From a virus (Duplodnaviria > Caudoviricetes), in the IMG/VR virus record IMGVR_UViG_3300029928_000002, positions 64,001 to 128,000 of that record: a DNA stretch of 64,000 bases; one strand, written 5' to 3'. This document shows, one piece after another, positions 24,901 through 36,660 of the stretch. Numbering within the stretch: the stretch's first letter is position 1; each line of letters starts with the position of its first letter. The notes beneath the pieces are model-generated. The model had not been told where the DNA came from, did no database searches, and saw only the letters and a program-made list of their open reading frames with translations. Both the position numbers and the translations under genes were made by a program.

Positions 24901-27900
24901 AAATCCTCTGATAATTTTAAAAGAATAGATGTAAACACTGCAGTAGATAAGGACGGTAATGTAGACATACTAGATGACAACTTTAATAAAGTATTAACAC
25001 TATCTAAAAATTAGAACGATATTGAATAGGATCCAGATTTACATTAGGATGAAGTATGGCAATACGTTGATGGCTAGGGCCTTACACATAATGTAATAGT
25101 TACTGATGATTTAGCTTATTATGCTAATAATACTAAATGTAATGGAATTAAAGTTGGAGAAAAGAATTATGATGATTCTACTGAAGATTTATTAAAGAAT
25201 TCCAAAAATAAAACTGTATAGAATTGGTATTGGACTATTGCTAAGAGTGGAAGTATTACAGCAAAGAGTACATTTAAAGACAGTGTACGTGCTTTTAATG
25301 CCTTGCTTCGTAATGTTACAAAAGAAGGATATACCAGTAATAACTTACGTAATAGTTCTATAATAAGCAATCTTGCAGATTAGGGAACAGAAATCTGGGA
25401 ATCTTTCAAGAAATCATTAGATGTTGTTGCTGCTCGTATTCCTGCTCAATCACTACAGTCAGTAATGGCAATGAAAGTAGCAGGATTTATTGATAGTGAC
25501 GTTAATACAGCATATGTAAGTACCTTGCAGACTTTTTTATAGGGTTCCGACTATAAATAAATATTGTAGTCTTTAAATTTCGTGAACTGCGGGAAATTCC
25601 TTAGAGCTTATTTATACTAAAATATATTAGAAATAATTATATTGGTCATAATTAACTGTTATGAGTATAGTAAAAAGTAAATAAGATTGGACAATCCGCA
25701 ACTAAGTACCTTAATTTAAATTGAATTTATTAATGTGCTAATGCTATTTAAAATATAAATTTAATTATAAAAAAGGTAAAAGCTCATCGACTATCCCTTT
25801 ATGGGAGTAGCTGGAAGCATTTTACTTTAAAAAATAAATAATAGTAACAAATAAATTATAAAGTAAAATGGTTGTCCAGCGAAGTGCGAAACATTCTAAC
25901 AAGAATGATGATATAGTCAGTTTTGTATTGAAAGATACAATGTAAACGGATATTGACGCTGTATCATTAGCTATGTATGCTTTCGATAAACAAGGAAAGT
26001 TTGTATAGTGGTCTCCTTACTTTAATCTAAGTAGTGCAGATACTTTACAAGCTTCTTTGCAATTACCTTTCCCTACGGGAAAGATTTTAACTTCTACAGA
26101 TGTAAGATTTGATTAGAGAAATCCAAATAATATTATGTACTATATTAGTACCTCTAATAATCCAGATGATTCTAAACCTTTTGTATTATATAGAGGATAG
26201 GATGGAAGTCCTAAAATAAAATATAATTTAGATAATCCTACTAATATATTAACATTGGCCGGATTCCTAGATTATATAAATAACTATGGATTTGTCTTTA
26301 ATAGTGGGGGCTTGTCAGAAAAAACATATGGACAAGTTGCGGATTTATTGCTTCCTATAATTAATAACCATAATAATTATATAAATACAGTTAGAGATAG
26401 CCGTACTAAAGAAGATATGATAAAAAATAGTATATAGTAGGCGATCTTTGATATTGTATTGGATCCTAAAAACTAGCGTGAAGCACAAACCTCTGTAGAT
26501 ACTGCTACTAAATTAGCCAAAAGTGTTGCTAATGGTAAGACAGAAATAGCATCTCCAGAAAATGAGGAAGCCATAAGAAATACTCCAGGAGCATTCACTA
26601 CTAATATTTATGGATTTACTTCAAATCAAGTAGGTAAAAAAGCAATTGGTATTGCTGCAGCTACTGGATTAAAAGCCTATTTTACATTAACACAATACTG
26701 TAATAATCTTCTTAAACAGGGGAATGAGAATGCTTTAAAAAGACTTAGATTTGATGTAGAAATTGGAGGTGAGGAATATCATACACTCTCTAACATATAT
26801 ACAGATAAACCAAATTCTTTTGCAGAAGAATTAATAAATCTTGCTAAAAATGACTAGGATTTTGCTCTACAAATATCTGTAATGGAATCTCTTTCTACCG
26901 ATAATGCTAAAGAGCTTTGTCTGTCTAAGTTAAATTGTACTACAGATACTATGGGATTGTGGCTATATGGATTAGCTATAGGTATGGATTTTAAAGATAT
27001 TGCTAAAATTATGATGTCTCCAACAGCCTTCTCATTAGCTAATACTATGAGAGGTAATGTATTTAATGGAGATACTGCTGTATCTATTAATAGGTTAGGT
27101 AGCTATGTTAATGACGGCCCATAGAGTTCTACAGCCCAGAAAATTATTAAGAAAATTATTGGCGTAAAATACGATTTTTCAAAACCTTTGTACGAAAATT
27201 TTAAAAATCATCTTGGTACTCAAGAGGACAGTGAAGATACTGATACTGAAATACTAAATCTACTTCAAGCTGATTTAAATAGTGTATCTGCTTCAGATGG
27301 TAAGGGAATTACTCATTAGGAATATTTGGATTATGCAAAAGGTGTAGATGAAATAGTGTAGTGGTTGCGGTTGTATAGAGAAGTAAATAACAATCATAGG
27401 GTATATGAAGATTTTATGCAGTTAGCTAAAGGAGCTTCTGAAATGTTACAATTAAGTCAAATATTACATCTAAATCAGGGACTATTTAATTCTGATACAG
27501 ATATTTTAGCTTTTATAGATAAATTCTCAAACCTCATAAATGATAGAAGGTATCAAAATAATCCCAAAGAGATTATTCCTAAAGAATCCAAAGTTACAAT
27601 AGATTTACATCAATTTGTAACTAATCCTAAATATAGAAATGATATTATTAACGCCTATGAAGATGTAAAAGTTTCTTTCAATATATTAGATGTATTGGCT
27701 AATATGCCTACATATTTCCAATATTTAAAGACATTGGATTTGCAGCACGCTATGAACTATAATATTTCTAGTAAATATAGAGCAATGACCGATATTGGCA
27801 AGAGAGCTGTGAATTATGTAGGAGCACATAGTGCTAAAGATGTTCAAAAGGTATATAAAAGAGTATCTAACTATATAGATATTTACACTGCTGCTAAATG

Positions 27901-29155
27901 GATGCTTGAATCTGATTATAATCCTGCCTAGTATGGTGATCATGGTATTAATATATACTTACCTATAGGAGCATATTATTATATTCAAGATGTATCGAAT
28001 AATAATATTATTACAAAGCGTAGAGTGACAAAAGGAGAACGTGAAGATATTTTTGGAGAGAAACATATAGTTAACTCTTTGCACGGTATGCCAGTAAATT
28101 TAGGTACTGCTAATGGTAGAGCTTCTTTTAAACATTGGATGGAATCTACTGTAATACCTAATTTACAAAAAGGTAGAAATGGTAAAAGAGGAGCTAATAA
28201 TAAATATATTACAAACCCCAATTCTCCATTAAGATCTAATCTATTTATATAGAGATTAGGAGTAAATCAATTCACTAAAACTCCTATGGGAAATCCTATA
28301 TTAGGATATGCTTTGGATATTAATATGTCTCCAAGAACTGACCATGAAATTGAACTTTTATATCTATATAAACAACAATTTAATAAGTTAAAAACTTATG
28401 GAGAATATAGTAAATATTATACAGGTACACATAGTTACGATTTAACAGAATTATTCTTCCTATATAATTTATGTACTTATCAAAATAAACTTGGTGAAAA
28501 TACTCTGACAACGATATTTTAGGATAGTAGGGATTGGGGAATTATAGGAGACTATTATAAATATATCAATACAATGGATCGTTCTAGAGACGTTATAGCT
28601 CCAGAAATTTCTGACATTGTTCAATATATAGCTCCTATAGCCAATAAATACAGTACTAAATTAAAAAACTTCCTAAGTGTTGATTCTATAACAGGAGATG
28701 TTGTTGTGATGACTAGAAAAACCAAGGCGGATATTGAAGTAGAGTAGGAATATACTGATCCAAATGCTAAAATAGATCCATTTAGGGCAACACCTTTAAC
28801 TAGAGATGTAAATTATCCTACTTTGGAATCCTTGAATAAAGTAATAAATATTCCAATACTTGATAAATCCGAAGACTCCGATGTTAAACTTAAGAATATT
28901 CCTAAGAGTAATTAGTCGTATGAGGATGAATCGGGTAACGTGATTGATATACGTAATATAAAGATAGAACATACTAACGGAAGTATTCTTAAGATTTTTG
29001 TTAATGATAAATAGATAAAAATACCAAATGAATATTTGAAGTATTTTACCCATATCCCAACAAAGCTATAGTATTTTGGAAAATTACCAAAAGCAGTAAA
29101 TGATTATGGAACATTAGTCGATGATATAGTAACATTAATATCAAGAGTATGTTAA
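18940..29155 (+). CDS. Virion two-barrel RNA polymerase catalytic subunit (crAss-like), join(18940..25554,25949..29155), ~3273 aa (TAG=Gln)
   Basis: Motifs ISDGGTFI, GIQLDKEH and ARIPAQS, and after intron removal FLQGSDYDIDAV (DxDxD-type catalytic loop of crAss-like vRNAPs). Fragments before 25554 share one frame and those after 25949 share the next, as a 394-nt insertion requires. Confidence 0.9.
25555..25948 (+). mobile_element. Group I self-splicing intron (IA2-like), 394 nt, no homing endonuclease ORF
   Basis: P1: exon GACTAT pairs with GTAGTC (25566-71) with a U.G at the splice site. P10: AATATT pairs with 3' exon GATATT. P AACTGCGGGAAA 25585; Q AATCCGCAACTAAG 25693; P3 TTTCGT/GCGAAA; P7 GACTA 25789/TAGTC 25914. 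P7.1 and P7.2 stems, P9 with GAAA loop, terminal G 25948. Confidence 0.95.
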
Positions 29156-30243
29156 ATTGTATTAACCCTGAGTTAAATCAGAAAGTTCATGACTTACAAA
29201 AAAAGTCTGGACTTTCTGATTTTCCATTACGCAGTTAGATAAGACATTATCTTACAAATCATAATGGTAGATTACCTGAATTAGATGAATTAAAAGGAGC
29301 TAATTCTGAGCCTTACTTATACAAGGATTTAAATCTGCCTAAAGGAGGAAGTGCTGATATAAAAACTTTGCTTGAAAAAACAGGTGCTCAAACTTTCTCA
29401 GATGCTATTATTAGTCTAAATAATACTTATAGAGATTTAGAAATTGAAGGTCATGAGTTAAATAATGACACATATTACCTAAAAGTTAGACATAGGCCAA
29501 CAGTAGATAGTAGTATGTTAGGAGTATTTGATGATGCTCAAGTATCTCCAAATGTGAATGTTGTAGATGACCATACATTAATTGTACAAACTGTAAATAA
29601 ATTGGCAAGTTTATATGGAATAACTATACATAGAGTAAAAGAGGATAAATTACCGCAAGGTTCTAAGAAAGGAACTGTTAGAGGATATATTTAGAATGGG
29701 GAAGTATATATTGTAGAAGGTAATAATGGAGTAGATACCAAATTACATGAAATGATGCACTTAATATTGGGCAGTGTAAAATTTCAGAACCCATCTTTAT
29801 ATTATAATTTAGTTGCTATGGCTCCTCAATTTTCTGGTTTTAAAGAATGGGCCAGAAACTACGTAAGTACATATGGAAAAGATACCTTAAATGATTTATC
29901 TGAAGAATTTATGGTAAGCAAAATTGCCAACTATTTAAGCGGTTAGAGTAACGATACTCAATTAGCCTCTATGATTAATAATAATCCAGAAATGTGGTAT
30001 TAGACTATGTACCATATGAATAGATTACTAGATTCAGTGTTTATGGGAGGGGCTTCTGTTAAAGCAATTCCTGCCAGTAATCTATATAACTATACGTTTA
30101 GGCAAGTGGCTAATATGGTTAATTCTGCAGTAATGTAGAATAAATATTATGGCAGTCTAGATGATGCTTAGACACACCGTATAGAAATGAATCTTAAAAA
30201 GCACTATATGCAAAATGATAGATTGCTAATGAAATGTGAATAA
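29149..30243 (+). CDS. Zincin-like (HExxH) metallopeptidase-domain protein, 364 aa (TAG=Gln)
   Basis: VRGYIQNGEVYI...TKLHEMMHLILG...LSEEFMV. The start overlaps the RNAP stop. Ends TAA 30241-30243. Confidence 0.8.
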
Positions 30244-30254
30244 ATATTTTAAAT

Positions 30255-33200
30255 ATGTTAACTTGTAAATATACTTTATTAGATAAAGACAAATAGTCTA
30301 TAATTGGAGAATTTGACACAGAGGCACAATTAGACGACTTTTTAATAAAATAGGATGAATGTAATAATAATCAGAATATATCAGATATAGTATTTTCTAG
30401 AAGTGCTCCAAATTTGAAAGCTCAACAAATTCTTGAAGAATAGGCAGTTATCTCTAAAGAACTTGAAGAGAAAAGATTGTTATGGAGTAAAGCTATAAAA
30501 AATGCTGTAGATGATGATTCTGAAATTATCCTTATGGCAGATCCTCCATATATTGGTGTTACTAAATTCTTAGATGGTAGAAGAAATAATGAGGGAGATC
30601 TACTTACTCCTGAATTTATTAGTGAGAATTATTGGGGGAATAGAAAATCCCATTGGACATCATAGATTCCTGCAGGTTAGAGTATCAAAGATATGTTTAA
30701 TGCTCAAGAAATTAAACTTCTAGCCGACGGAAATACTGACGAAGAGAGATATTAGAATTTCTTACAGAGTAGAACGTCTAATGGAACATATCAACCCCTA
30801 ACTCAGCAGGAAGCAGATAATTTTTAGAAGACTATTTTAAAGAAATGGGCATTTATAAATACAAGAGGTACTGCTATACACTTTGTAATGTAGCAATATT
30901 TCAGTCCGTTAATAGGTGCTGACGGTAAACCACTTACTAAAAATGGTAGAGTTTTTAGAGTGTTTGACTTGACAAATTCTCCACAAACTTTAAGTGGCGT
31001 CAATTTTCCATCTATTACTGATTATATAAATCGGAAAATTAGTACTGATTTGAAATCTTAGATGGGCAGAAAATTTAGTCCGGATCTAATTACTCCAGAA
31101 TTACTTTAGAATGCTCTAAATTTTGCAGAACAGTTCCACGAGCATATTAAAAAAGTGTTAGGACAAACTGAAGATTTGGATTTTTTCCCTGAGTTCAAAA
31201 TAACTGGAGATTTACATACTACTCAAGGCCCTCCAAAATTGATGGGTATTATCGACTTATTGGTATTGGATAATAAAGGAGTAGCTCATATTTTCGACTA
31301 TAAATGTTCTGATAAGAAATACTCCGATTTTAGTGAGGCGAAGAAAAGAGGATTCTATTATCAGCAGGCTATATATAACAGACTGTTAAATCAACATGGC
31401 CTAAATACCTATAACAACAATATTAGAATTGTGCCTATTGCTTTAGATAATTTTAGAGGTGAGAATATAGAATATACTTTATCGGATCCAGATAAAGTTG
31501 ACTTTACTTTTGACAATAAGCTCTATTATCCACCTCAGATGTCTGTAAATATCAGACCTGATATTACTTCTGTAAACTCTAAAGGTGAATCTAGAATACT
31601 TGATAATATAGATGAGTTTTTACCAGAATCTACTGTTACTAATATAGCCTCCGATAAAGCTGTAGAATTTGTAACCACCATGATGGGTAGATTCTTTCCC
31701 GACTATTCTGGAGGTAAAGAGATAAATGAAGATCTTATTGAGCAGGAAATAAAAGATGCTGGAGGTTTTGAAAGAGATTCTGAAGGTAAATATTCTTTTG
31801 AAGTATCTGCATATAAGAAATTATCTTTTGACGATCCTAAGAAACTGTTAGATGCGGTTATAAAAGAGAGAAAGTATCAATAGTTACGTAAATCTCAGTT
31901 AGCTTCAACTACAATATCTGCTTTAGAGTATGCCCAAAAGAATAACACCAAAGATATACAAGATATTATTAAAAATATTGATACTAGATTCATTTAGGAT
32001 AAGAATGCTTATCAGGGATGGTTTAGAAATTATCTGTAGAAATATTGTAATTCTGATTGGCAAATACTGTCTAGTGAGAGTGCCAGATTCTTTGGATTAA
32101 TATTACTTAGAAATACTGTTAATAATTAGATAGATGTTATTAAATTGTCTGCATCTAGCCTTAAACGTATTAGAAATATAGATAAAAGTAATAAGAATGT
32201 AAATATCGACAGAGCTTTTGAAGACGATATTACTGAAAATCAGAATACTAATTCTAGAATATTACAAGATGCTGAAGGTAATAGAGAATTAATTGAAACT
32301 ATGTTATTCTTAAATACCGTACCGGCATTATTTAGTGGTACTTATAATAATGGAGTGGTTGGTAATATAGAAGTAATAAATCCATTTAGAGGTGAAGGTA
32401 TAGCTGCTTCTAATGAAGAGCTACTTTATTCTTTAAATAAACTATCTCAACACGCTGAGTGGACTGAAGCTAATAATATTGCTAATGGTAATATAAAGTT
32501 TGGAAGTAAGTGGTAGCTATTTAGAAACGAACTTCAAACCGCTTTAAATAATAGTATTGGATTTTAGCTTTCTAACACTGAATATTTCCAACAGGCTTAG
32601 AATGATATACAGACTACTGTTACTGGAGATAACAATAAAGATGCGAAAATTAATATATTGCTTAGAGTAATTAAAGGTCTCGAAGATGCTTATAATATTA
32701 ATCAGCTTTCAGCCAACTAGTTGAACAGTGAAACTAATTTATCTCCAGCATATAGACTGTATTATGATTCTCTAATTACTTTGGGAGAATTGAGAGGTCT
32801 TAATTTCAGACAGCAATTAAAAGAATCTGCTAAATGGATTGAGAATGGATTAAGTAACATATTAGCTAATGGTATTGGTGGTATTTATGTTGATAACCCT
32901 GGTAACTTAATTTCTGAAACTCTTAACAGTATTACAAAACTACATACTCAAGCTCTTCAAAATAATAGATAGGATATGGTTGGCCCTACAGCTAAAATCA
33001 GGGATCTAACTGAAAGACTTAAAAAAGAGAAGAACTTTGGATATATTACATCATTAGTATAGAATGATATTGATTTATATAAAAATATGTATGAGACTAC
33101 AGCTAATGGTGATCTAAGATTTGTAAATGTAAATAAGTTATCAGGAGTTGAAAAAGAATATTTGCAATATGCTTTACGATTGATAAACAGAGATAGGTAT

Positions 33201-35345
33201 CCTAATTATACAGAAGCATCTTTAGATTCTATGGAACAGAATGATGATATTGATTATTATAGAGTTCCATTATGTAGAGCAGAATCTAGAGCTAATTAGA
33301 GAGATGCTGGATTGAAAGAAAAACGTAACCCTGATACTGGTGAAATGGAATCTTATTCCAGTAGTTTATGGCAATCTTTTGTAGATACTTTAAAAGCATT
33401 TTCCTTTAAGAATGCCTTTAAGGAAATGTAGGAGAAGATTAATGGAATATTTACAGAAGACGATACTGCTTACAATAATGCTGCCAAGCTGTTCGATTTA
33501 ACTACATCGTTTGATAGAAATGAGCCAAATGCTTCTGGAAACTTATAGGATAGATTGGATAATATAGCTACTAAAGGTACAGGATATTTTGAATAGAATC
33601 TTGAAACTCTTACATTAAAACACGTATTTGCCTATTCCACTAAGAAGAGAATTAATGAAATTATGCCTACAGTAAAAGCCGGTATGGCATTTCTTATTAA
33701 TATGGGAAATACTCAGAACACTAATTTTACTAATGACTTGGAATATTATGAAAACTATATTAGAAATAAGATAAAAGGCCAGCCTTTGGAAAATGATCCT
33801 ATATTAGGTAACTCTAAAGGAGCGTAGGGGGTTAAAGCTACCGCTGCTAAAATAAGAAGTGCAGCAAGTTTCTTAGCTTTAGGTCTGAATCCAATTCAGT
33901 GGTTTTATCAGAGATTGTAGGGTATATGGACTGATATAGCTTTAATTATCCGTAAACCTGATGGAAATCCTGCATTTACTTTTAAAAACATGGTAGATGC
34001 ATATAAGACTGTAAACAAAGATCTATTCCACTATTCCGATAAACCTACTAAATGTCAACTTATTAATGAATTGTATGGAATAAATGATATGGATATGAAT
34101 CAGTATGCGGATAAATTACGTACTGATAAACATGGATTATTCCATATAAATGAACTTGCTTTTAAATTCACTTCTAGGCCTGACTTCTATAACAGAATGA
34201 CTATTATATTAGCGTAGATGAAAGAGTAGGGAGTATGGGATGCTTTAGAGGTAAAGGATAATAAGCTAGTATATAATTGGAGGAAAGATAAAAGATTTAG
34301 TGCTTATGCTAATAATGAAACTTCTAATCCAGACTATATTAAATAGAAGAGTTTATATTTAGCAATAGCTTAGCAATTTGTAGCTGAAGGTGTGTAGAAC
34401 CCTGATGGGTCTTTATTTGAAATAGGACAACCTCTACCATACGCCTACACCAATAGAGAAATGGAATCTATGAAATCTTTATGTGATACAATCTATGGAT
34501 ATTATTCACATGAAAAGAAATCTATGATACATTCTACTTTCTTGGGAAGTTTGTTTATGCAAATGAGAACCTATTGGTCAGGTAAGAAAAATCAGTACAT
34601 GTTAAAAGGCGGTGTAAGATTAAGAGGCCATTGGGAACAATTAAAAGATTCTGATGGAAATCTATTATATTATCAGACTGATGCCGATGGTAATTTAGAT
34701 AGAGATGTTCCTCCAGTACCTAAAGAACAAGTTAAAAACTAGTAGATGTTAATACCATTTACTTAGTGGAAAGGTCAGTGGGAAGAAGGAATTGTGCAAA
34801 CTTTTGCAAATACTTTAAGAGCTTTACATAGAGATGATGCCGTAGATTGGTATAATCCTTATACTTGGGTATACGGATATAATAAATATCTAGATACTCT
34901 AGATCCTTCTATGAGAGCTACTTACAGACAAAATTTAAGATAGCTATGGGTAGATTTAATAGGAACTCTGTTATTAGGCTCTCTTATAGGAGGTATTTTA
35001 TCAGAAAAAGATAAAGATCTTATTAAAGAAGCTAAAGATAGTGGAGACCTTACAGATGCCATGCTTGCTTCTATATCACATATAGGTGTACGGTCTTGGG
35101 TAAATTCTGCAGCTGATTTTAATGCTTTAAATAATGTAATTAGCCCAGCTTTGGATTGGAAACCTTATTGTTTCCAATCTATAGGTAACTTAGCCCAAAG
35201 AGCTTTTAATACTTTTACAGGTGATTAGTCTGCTTATAACAACATTATAAATTCATTCTCAGCAACTAAAGCCATTCAACCAGTATTTACTTATATTGCT
35301 CCAGATGGTGGGTATATATTCCCACAAGACGAAGATCAACAATAA
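30255..35345 (+). CDS. Large RNAP-locus protein with PD-(D/E)xK nuclease domain, ~1696 aa (TAG=Gln)
   Basis: RGTAIH...PEFKI..GIIDLLV..HIFDYKCS..YQQAIY (~30860-31380). All + fragments from 30477 to 34742 are in one frame. C-terminal hydrophobic helix LWVDLIGTLLLGSLIGGIL. Ends TAA 35343-35345. Confidence 0.85.
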
Positions 35346-35395
35346 AAAAAATAGCCCACAGTAGTCATTAAGATTACTGTGGGCTTTATTTTTAT
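35346..35395. terminator. Bidirectional terminator at block convergence
   Basis: AGCCCACAGTAGTC-attaa-GATTACTGTGGGCT flanked by an A-run and a T-run. Confidence 0.85.
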
Positions 35396-35441
35396 AAAAA
35401 AAAATAGGGGAAGAAAACCTGATTTCTCAGATTCTCTCCCC
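35396..35441 (-). terminator. Second terminator hairpin for the - strand block
   Basis: Imperfect GGGGAAGAA..CTGA/TCAG..TTCTCTCCCC stem with an A9 run on its left (U-tract on the - strand). Confidence 0.55.
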
Positions 35442-35455
35442 AATAGTTTAACAAT

Positions 35456-36154
35456 TTAAATATCCATTACTAATGGACTATATTTATAGTCATATTTATT
35501 ATCTAAAATACTTACACATGCTGTATTTATTCCATCATAATTGACTATATTATGATCACAGCTATGCAGATGCCCAAAGAAATGATATTTAGGTGCAATA
35601 CCTTCTACTCTCCTTTTATCTAATATTTCTTTTAATTCTCGATTTCCCAAATGTTCTTGGTCCTCCAATAATACATCACTTTCTCTATAAGCAGCATCGT
35701 GAGTAAGTAATATGTCACAATTCTTAGGCATCTTATTAAAATTTCCTAACTCTTTTTTAGGACTATACATAAATGCCCAATTTCCAAATGCCCAATTTCC
35801 AAATATCTGACAGTCTGGAGAACCAAATATTACATATGTTTTACCTTCTGAATTTGTATATTCAGCAGATTCATTACATAAATATGTAATATTAGTACCA
35901 CTAAATATATTCTTTAATTTTTCAGTATTATTTTCAAAATATATGTCATGATTTCCTCCTACAAGATATATATTCTTTACATCAATATCTTTACACCAAG
36001 GTATAAAATATTCTCTTATCCAATTAAATACTTTTTCATAATTAAATTGTATTTCTAGTGGAGTTATATCCCCACATATAAATAAGCAATCTAAATTTGT
36101 ATATTCTATAGGAATCAAATTTCCATGTAAATCACTTAATGCACATATCTTCAT
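35456..36154 (-). CDS. Calcineurin-like metallophosphoesterase
   Basis: SDLHG, CGD, GNHD, LLTH, FGHLH motifs. Confidence 0.9.
   Translation of the reverse strand: MKICALSDLHGNLIPIEYTNLDCLFICGDITPLEIQFNYEKVFNWIREYFIPWCKDIDVKNIYLVGGNHDIYFENNTEKLKNIFSGTNITYLCNESAEYTNSEGKTYVIFGSPDCQIFGNWAFGNWAFMYSPKKELGNFNKMPKNCDILLTHDAAYRESDVLLEDQEHLGNRELKEILDKRRVEGIAPKYHFFGHLHSCDHNIVNYDGINTACVSILDNKYDYKYSPLVMDI
35771..35804 (-). repeat. In-frame 15-nt tandem duplication (FGNWAFGNWAF)
   Basis: AAATGCCCAATTTCC x2 + AAAT on the + strand. Confidence 0.9.
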
Positions 36155-36450
36155 ATACTATATATTACATAGTTTTTATCAGTATCAACAAAGAGAGCTG
36201 AATCTTTTAATCTTTCAACAGCTTCTTCTCTAGATTCACCCTTATGTACGTAGTTATCCAAATCTCCATAATCCCCATTAATCGCTATATTATCTACTAC
36301 AAAAGAGGGAGCTGTTTCTGTAGGGAATATTCCATCTCTAAGACATTGTATAAAGTAATCCCACACAATATCTGGAATACTCCAATTTATTTCCTCTCTT
36401 CTTAAATTTAAGAGTTTAATATAATCTTCTACATCAATTGTTATCGTCAT
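36151..36450 (-). CDS. Hypothetical protein
   Basis: 99-aa ORF overlapping neighbours in a tightly packed operon. Confidence 0.7.
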   Translation of the reverse strand: MTITIDVEDYIKLLNLRREEINWSIPDIVWDYFIQCLRDGIFPTETAPSFVVDNIAINGDYGDLDNYVHKGESREEAVERLKDSALFVDTDKNYVIYSI

Positions 36451-36655
36451 TTGACTTATATTCTAAATATTTAGTTAAGAAATTAATAGCATCTAGCTCA
36501 CCTCTAGTTAAAGAAATAACTCTTTCGCCAATTGTAATATCCCAACCCTCTCCATTAGTCCATTCAGTAACTTCGATAATTTTATCTTCATCATTACAAA
36601 GGTAGTCATAAATCTTTAAATTATCGTAAACAGATTTTCTATTCTTTATTTCCAT
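36434..36655 (-). CDS. Hypothetical protein
   Basis: 73-aa ORF, operon packing; IEVTEWTNGEGWDI segment. Confidence 0.7.
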   Translation of the reverse strand: MEIKNRKSVYDNLKIYDYLCNDEDKIIEVTEWTNGEGWDITIGERVISLTRGELDAINFLTKYLEYKSNDDNN

Positions 36656-36660
36656 AATTT

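Noticed and set aside
25555-25948. Two separate RNAP genes with an intergenic spacer
   Set aside because: The break falls inside the catalytic motif, and the gap has complete group I core elements with splice sites that restore the frame.
196-29053. Short - strand and off-frame ORFs in the track within the + block (e.g. 1916-2248, 8775-9179, 15015-15314, 21960-22280)
   Set aside because: They are shadows of the long recoded genes, with no recognisable motifs or operon logic.
1-35345. Pseudogene field or low-quality sequence explaining the fragmented + strand ORFs
   Set aside because: Breaks are TAG only, the frame is preserved over kilobases, and catalytic motifs are intact. Decay or sequencing errors would give frameshifts and TAA/TGA too.
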